NCBI GenBank assembly: GCA_964016885.1
Contig: OZ024747.1
Span: forward strand, 46,748,001-46,812,000
Reading direction: 5' to 3'
Length of the DNA stretch: 64,000 nucleotides
Origin: Eledone cirrhosa
Lineage: Eukaryota
In this document: piece after piece, positions 58,412-64,000 of the stretch
How the letters are laid out: each line of letters starts with the position of its first letter
Numbering within the stretch: the first letter of the stretch is position 1
The notes under the pieces: model-generated
What the model was told of the DNA's origin: nothing
The model's database searches: none
What the model saw: the letters and a program-made list of their open reading frames with translations, nothing else
Position numbers and translations under genes: made by a program

Positions 58412-58607
58412 AAAATGTATGACCCCGACGGCAGAGCTCAAGCCGTTTCGACGGCTATTTCTGGACTGCTTTTTCAGAAATAGCCGTCGAAACGGCTTGT
58501 GCTCTGCCGTCGGGGTCATACATTTTCCTATTACCCACTCTACTACCCTAAGTATTGAGTACTCTGGTGCGTTATGGTCCATCTGGTTCCTTACCACAAC
58601 TCCTTCG

Positions 58608-58609
<2 letters not shown>
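58407..58609 (+). mobile_element. F1 fold-back insertion in (TA)n
   Basis: Hairpin 58407-58531 plus 78-nt tail. Confidence 0.9.
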
Positions 58610-58655
<46 letters not shown>

Positions 58656-58661
58656 TGTATA

Positions 58662-58953
58662 TCATGATTTCCTCACATGAAACAGTTTAAGTCCTGTAGC
58701 AATCATTTCTATATTAAATATTTACACTCTGCTATCAATCGGGATAACCACAGTAAGTAAGGTACTCAATACATAGCAGGAGACTCCAACCGTGAAGGTG
58801 GCATTTTTCAGGGTATGTCAATATTTATTTATAAAACTAATCTATATTATATTTTATCTGATGAAAGCGCACCATAATCTGCCTTGGTGGCCCTTGAAAT
58901 ATGTATAATGAAATAAATATGGTTTTATAAATATAGTTTCCATTTGTTAATAT

Positions 58954-58957
<4 letters not shown>
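58662..58957 (+). mobile_element. Composite of F10-like fragment, inverted F10 tail and F3-like copy with HHR
   Basis: 58665-58735 resembles 59082-59153; 58740-58779 is the inverted F10 tail; CTGATGA-AAG..CACCA..TGGTG..CTT-GAAA-TATG-TA at 58858-58905. Confidence 0.7.
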
Positions 58958-59020
<63 letters not shown>

Positions 59021-59023
<3 letters not shown>

Positions 59024-59207
59024 GATGAGATTCTACAGGATTAGAACGGTTTCATTTTTGAGAAATCATCAGGATTCCTGATGATTTCTCAAGAATGAAA
59101 CAGTTCTAGTCTTGTAGAATCTCATCTATATTAAAACTTTTATACTCTGCTATGTATTGAGTACCTTACTTACTGTGGTTACCTCCGTTTCAACCCGGAA
59201 TAACTTA

Positions 59208-59210
<3 letters not shown>
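59021..59210 (+). mobile_element. F10 fold-back insertion with HHR core on each arm
   Basis: Hairpin 59021-59130; CTGATGA-T-TTCT-CA-AGAA-T-GAAAC-A-GTT at 59078-59105; tail of about 80 nt. Confidence 0.82.
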
Positions 59211-59268
<58 letters not shown>

Positions 59269-59270
<2 letters not shown>

Positions 59271-59807
59271 AGGAACCAGTAAACCCCGACGGCTGAGCTC
59301 AAGCCGTTTCGACGGCTAATTCTGGACTAAATGAAAATTTATCCTGGTATTTAAATAGCCGAGCTTCTCAAGGGGTAATTCCATATATGGTCAAAGTGAT
59401 TGTCACAAGGATTGCTCACAAGTTAGTAGTAATTCTGTGATGGCAAATTAGTGGGGGAAGGGGTAGCTAAACCTGCCAGTAGGAGAAAAAGGGGGGAGGG
59501 GGTGGAGTAGACCCATTCATGCGTTGGTAGTGCCGGCTACAGCTGGGCGTGAGGTCAAAGAAGATACTAGGGAGGGGGAGGGGAGGAAGTCGAAACGGTA
59601 AGTAGAACAATGAGGGTAAAAATATATAAAAAATATATAAAAAATATATAAAAATATATTTAAAAAAATACTGAGAGTGATAAAAAGCGAAACGACTTGA
59701 GCTCAGCCGTCGGGATCTTACTGGTTCCTATTACCCACTCTACTACCCTAAGTATTGAGTACTTTGGTGCGTTATGGTCCACCTGGTTCCTTACCACATT
59801 TCCTTCG

Positions 59808-59809
<2 letters not shown>
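59269..59809 (+). mobile_element. F1 insertion with long inverted copy containing a complete HHR
   Basis: Inverted copy from 59269 to about 59685; forward copy 59688-59809 with 78-nt tail. Confidence 0.88.
59283..59376 (-). ncRNA. Type I hammerhead, U3:A8 core variant, long stem II
   Basis: ACCCC-TTGAGAA-G..CGGCTA...TAGCCG.C-GAAAC-GGCT-TGAGCTC-AGCC-GTC^GGGGT. Confidence 0.8.
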
Positions 59810-59867
<58 letters not shown>

Positions 59868-59973
59868 TTGTGTGTGTGTGAGTGTGTATGTATGTATATA
59901 TAAATGTGTTTGTATAAGTGTATAATTTTGAAATATATTATTTTTTTAAAATATATTTCATCTACACGTGCGA

Positions 59974-60053
59974 AAGTAATTAACTTGTGGATAAGTAATT
60001 ATCTTGTGGATAAGTAATTATCTTGTGGATAAGTAATTAACTTATGGATAAGT
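59974..60053. repeat. 19-bp minisatellite, about 4 units
   Basis: AAGTAATTA(A/T)CTTGTGGAT units. Confidence 0.9.
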
Positions 60054-60635
60054 CTGCTCTACTAGTGTGAAACACACCAGTAATTATGTAATAACTGTTA
60101 GTCTCGACATGTATTTTAACGTGGCACAATATTTCACCAGGATGTATGGATATCGTTATTGAAGAATAGGAAATAGGCGCAGAAACCGAAAAAATCTGTT
60201 AAAAAGCTAATAATCTAACCTGTAGGGGTAAAAAAATATCGATCTATCATTAATGTTTCTTCTACCAAACTTTCTATAAATTTCCACTTAGCAACAGATG
60301 GATTTACGCCATTTTCCTTAGAAATAAGCAGCATGCAGTATTTCTTTCCACTGCCAGAGGACAATTCTTTTCTATTTAGGCCAAGGTCTCCTCAAATTTT
60401 CTAAGTACTATTTAAGTAAAATATGTGGTCAGCGTGATAGATTTTGGCCCCCAGCAAATGTTATGAATAGTGTAAGTAAATAATGAGCGTGGTATGGAAT
60501 AGATGGAAGTATAAAGTTTTGTCTAGAGGTCGAAGCATAGAGAAGGCTATGCCCGGCGCAAGGCGTGATCACCGTTTCGTATTTCAATAATCAGCCTTAA
60601 ATAATTGCCCAATTATTGGGACATACACATCCCCG

Positions 60636-60723
<88 letters not shown>

Positions 60724-60727
<4 letters not shown>

Positions 60728-62256
60728 CACAAACACACCCATCCTTTTCACCGCCCACCCCACAACTAACAATATTAACACCTCCACTCCACCCCTCATC
60801 CGACCACCCTTCCCCAACTAACATACTAACATCCCTCCCTTCTTCTCCTCCTCCCCCTCCTTATCACACGCACACACCCACCGGCACATATATACACGCG
60901 CTCACACCAAACACACACCCTACTACCACCACTAACCCTCACCCCACATCTCCATCCCACCACCCCGCAACTAACCTCACTAACACCCCCTGACCCCAAA
61001 CACACGAACACACGCACCCACTTACACCACCCACCCCACACGCAACTAACATCACTAACACCCCCCAACCCCACGCACACGTACCCACACACCCTCGTAC
61101 ACCACCAACTCTACACACCCTATCACCACTAACCCCCACTCACACCTGCATTCAACCCTTCCCCACCTCCCGTATACTAACACCAACTAACACCCCTTCA
61201 TCAAACTACACACACACCAGTACACCACACTCCCTCCATAGAACTACACACACCCTTCTCTCCCCGCTCCACCCACACCCTCGCTCCACACTCACTCATC
61301 CCACTAACACCTCTACTAATACACACACACACACCCATCCTCACCCCTTTACCATTCCACCGACTGCTGCTATGCCCTCTGACCACCTCCCAGCACAAAC
61401 AGACACACAGCACTCCCACTGCTTGACCACTTCCTGTTGCGCGCACACCCCACATCTCTCCTCTTCCGACCATGGCTTCATGGAATACTCGTATGTGTAA
61501 CTTAACCACCACAGAATCCACTAAACATCATAGGATTTTACCAACTTTTCAACCATCCTCTTAAGTAATCACCTATATAACTCACCCACACACACACCCC
61601 AAAAAATGTTTTTCTCCACACGCCACCTACACCCACAACACGCTTAAACCTCACACACACGTGCTTTCCACCACATATTTACACCCTCAGCCTCTTGATT
61701 CCTCTCCCCCACCCCTCTATCCACACACGCACAGACACTCCGACCTACAACCCCCCACACACACCTCTTCCTGAACATGCAACCCCGTTCTTCCCCCAAC
61801 CCTTACTTTCACATACACACACACACACACACACACGTACACCTACACACACACACCACCTTCAGCCCTCCCCGCTCGGACACCCCGTCTCCCTCTCCCC
61901 ATTCCACCCGCCACTACCCCTACACACCTCACACCCTTCCACCACCTGTTTTACCCCCTTTTAATTTCAGTTTATTTTGATCATGCCTTTATTTTTAAAT
62001 TTATCTCATTCCATGTATTTTGATCATGCTTTATTTTTATTTTTATTTTTAATTTCATTCGCACCGTTTCCTTTCGCTATATGTCTCTCCACCACTCCCC
62101 TACACACCCTTTGAACTCTGTTCCCCCACACTTCTCACCTGAGGAAGGGCTTATGCCCGAAACGTCGTTCCCCACCAACACCCCACTCTCCAGAGCGTGA
62201 AATTAATAAACATTCGTTGTACTGCCTCTCTGTTTTGTTCCTGTTCAAATTTTTCC

Positions 62257-62260
<4 letters not shown>
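60724..62260 (+). mobile_element. F5 PLE-type element, long C/A-rich 3' region ending in HHR-bearing repeat
   Basis: CTGAGGA-A-GGGC-TTAT-GCCC-GAAAC-GTC at 62139-62166; last 335 bp homologous to 51406-51741; (TA)n on both sides. Confidence 0.7.
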
Positions 62261-62303
<43 letters not shown>

Positions 62304-62316
62304 TTATATATATATA

Positions 62317-62454
<138 letters not shown>

Positions 62455-62458
62455 CTTT

Positions 62459-62497
<39 letters not shown>

Positions 62498-62531
62498 CTG
62501 TGTGTGTCTGTGTGTGTGAGTATATATATAT

Positions 62532-62656
62532 ACCAAAGGAATTGTGGTAAGGAACCAGATGGACCATAACGCACCAGAGTACTCAATACTTAGGGTAGTA
62601 GAGTGAGAAATAGCCGTCGAAACGGCTTGAGCTCTCCCGTCGGGGTCATACTTTTT

Positions 62657-62661
<5 letters not shown>
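62532..62661 (-). mobile_element. F1 insertion: tail only, joined to inverted tail-less copy
   Basis: Reverse-complement tail at 62532-62604, then AGAAATAGCCGTCGAAAC...TTCCTAT. Confidence 0.85.
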
Positions 62662-62701
<40 letters not shown>

Positions 62702-62708
62702 TTATATC

Positions 62709-62746
<38 letters not shown>

Positions 62747-62895
62747 AATGAGGGTAGGGATGTGTGTGTATTACTTTATTTGTTTATGACTAATTACACC
62801 GTGTCCCACTGTTACCTGCCTTGTAATGCCTCACCTTCCCCCAATGGGACAATAAAAGAATCAGGTCTCCTCCTCCTCCTTCTTCTTCTTCTTCC

Positions 62896-63226
62896 TTTAC
62901 GCTCTGAGTTCAAATCCCGCCGAGGTTAGCTTTGCCTTTCATTCTTATGGGATCGATAAAATAAAGTAGTAGTAATGCACTGAGGACAATTTAATCAATT
63001 TTCCCCTCCCCAAAATTGCTGGCCTTTGCATATAGTAGTAATAATAATTGTTTCTATATTTGGCACAAGGCCAGCAATTACCCAGTACATTACTGGTACT
63101 TAATTTTATCGACCCCGTAAGGATGAAAGGCAAAGTTGACCACGGCGGGATTTGAACTCAGAATGGAAAGGGCCGTAACTCTATGCGTCAAAGCATGACG
63201 TCCGAACCTCTACCGATACTGCCAAT
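62896..63226. mobile_element. Tail-to-tail pair of S1 SINEs
   Basis: + copy 62896-63035; - copy 63043-63226. Confidence 0.85.
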
Positions 63227-63300
63227 AAAAAAAAAGTCTTCTCTTGTCGACGATCAATAATTATTATTATTGATCGTCGACAAGAGAAGACTTTTTTTTT
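63227..63300. repeat. Perfect hairpin with 35-bp arms
   Basis: A9-GTCTTCTCTTGTCGACGATCAATAAT-tatt-ATTATTGATCGTCGACAAGAGAAGAC-T9. Confidence 0.93.
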
Positions 63301-63574
63301 TTTTTTTTCCGATTCTTCATGAGTTTGTAAATTCGGGTTGTTTCCTTTTGAAATTGTATTTGATTTTTGCTGCAAAGGGTTCATAGGACTTCCGTCTACG
63401 CCCTATGAAAGAGAGACTTTATAATATTTGGGCCTTTTGATCCAAATATTTAAACTTTGCCCGTTTTTTTCTTATATTATGGAAAAAATAGACGAGTCAC
63501 GTCCACAAAATTTCGTGTGCCGTTTTGGGATAGCAACTTAAATGAGCACCATTGTGGACAGAGAAAGATTAGCA

Positions 63575-63885
63575 ATTACAAATGCAACATTCAATAACAA
63601 AATTAGCAACACCACCACCAACAACAACATGAACAATAACAGTGAAATGGAACAAACAGCCACAATGAAACAAATTATGAAAATAACGGCAACAACTCCA
63701 AGAGCAACAATATCATTAAAAACAACAATAACTGCAACAACGAAAACAACAAGAAAAAGAGTGAAAGCAACATCAACAATAATCTAAACAACTTCAACAA
63801 CACCACCACCACCAACAACAACAACAACAACAAAAACAATAAGACCAGCAACAGCATCGGCGTCAGCAACACAGACAAAACAAGA
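63575..63885. repeat. Degenerate (ACA)n low-complexity region
   Basis: CAA/AAC-rich with scattered stops. Confidence 0.8.
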
Positions 63886-64000
63886 ACTCTTTCGCTGCTG
63901 CGGCAGCAACAATGAGGCCATACTTTAGCATGGACCTTACGCAAAAAGAGCAAAAAGTTGGCCCAGCCATGGAAGCTCATTACACAGAGGGGGGGGGGCG

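Noticed and set aside
60170-60470. Possible RT remnant on the minus strand (DHIFYL-like)
   Set aside because: A single short motif with no continuous frame.

Overview
Animal intergenic or intronic DNA that is very AT-rich and saturated with microsatellites ((TA)n, (CA)n, (GA)n, (TAA)n, (GAT)n). The SINE types and (TA)n density suggest a cephalopod such as Octopus (inference). No host gene can be supported; almost all listed ORFs are microsatellite artefacts. Real coding remnants are all retroelements: a 5'-truncated Neptune-type Penelope-like element (PLE; RT + GIY-YIG, 1995-6117), a near full-length decayed R4/Dong-clade LINE (9524-13910), and RTE, CRE and R4 fragments. There are also tRNA-derived SINEs, a bipartite RTE-derived non-autonomous element and two DNA-transposon MITEs. 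The main signal is in the unique-sequence islands between (TA)n tracts. About 25 type I hammerhead ribozyme (HHR) motifs from at least 11 unrelated families (my labels F1-F8 and F10-F13, plus the Neptune terminal repeat) can be read by eye. They mostly sit in a recurrent layout: (TA)n - inverted tail-less copy - forward copy with 3' tail - (TA)n. Two families have a compensated U3:A8 catalytic core. Two non-coding, highly structured units (483 bp and 469 bp) are inserted as more-than-unit-length tandems carrying HHRs, making them candidate retrozyme-like circular-RNA elements mobilised by PLEs into (TA)n. All folds and family assignments were made by eye and need computational and biochemical confirmation.
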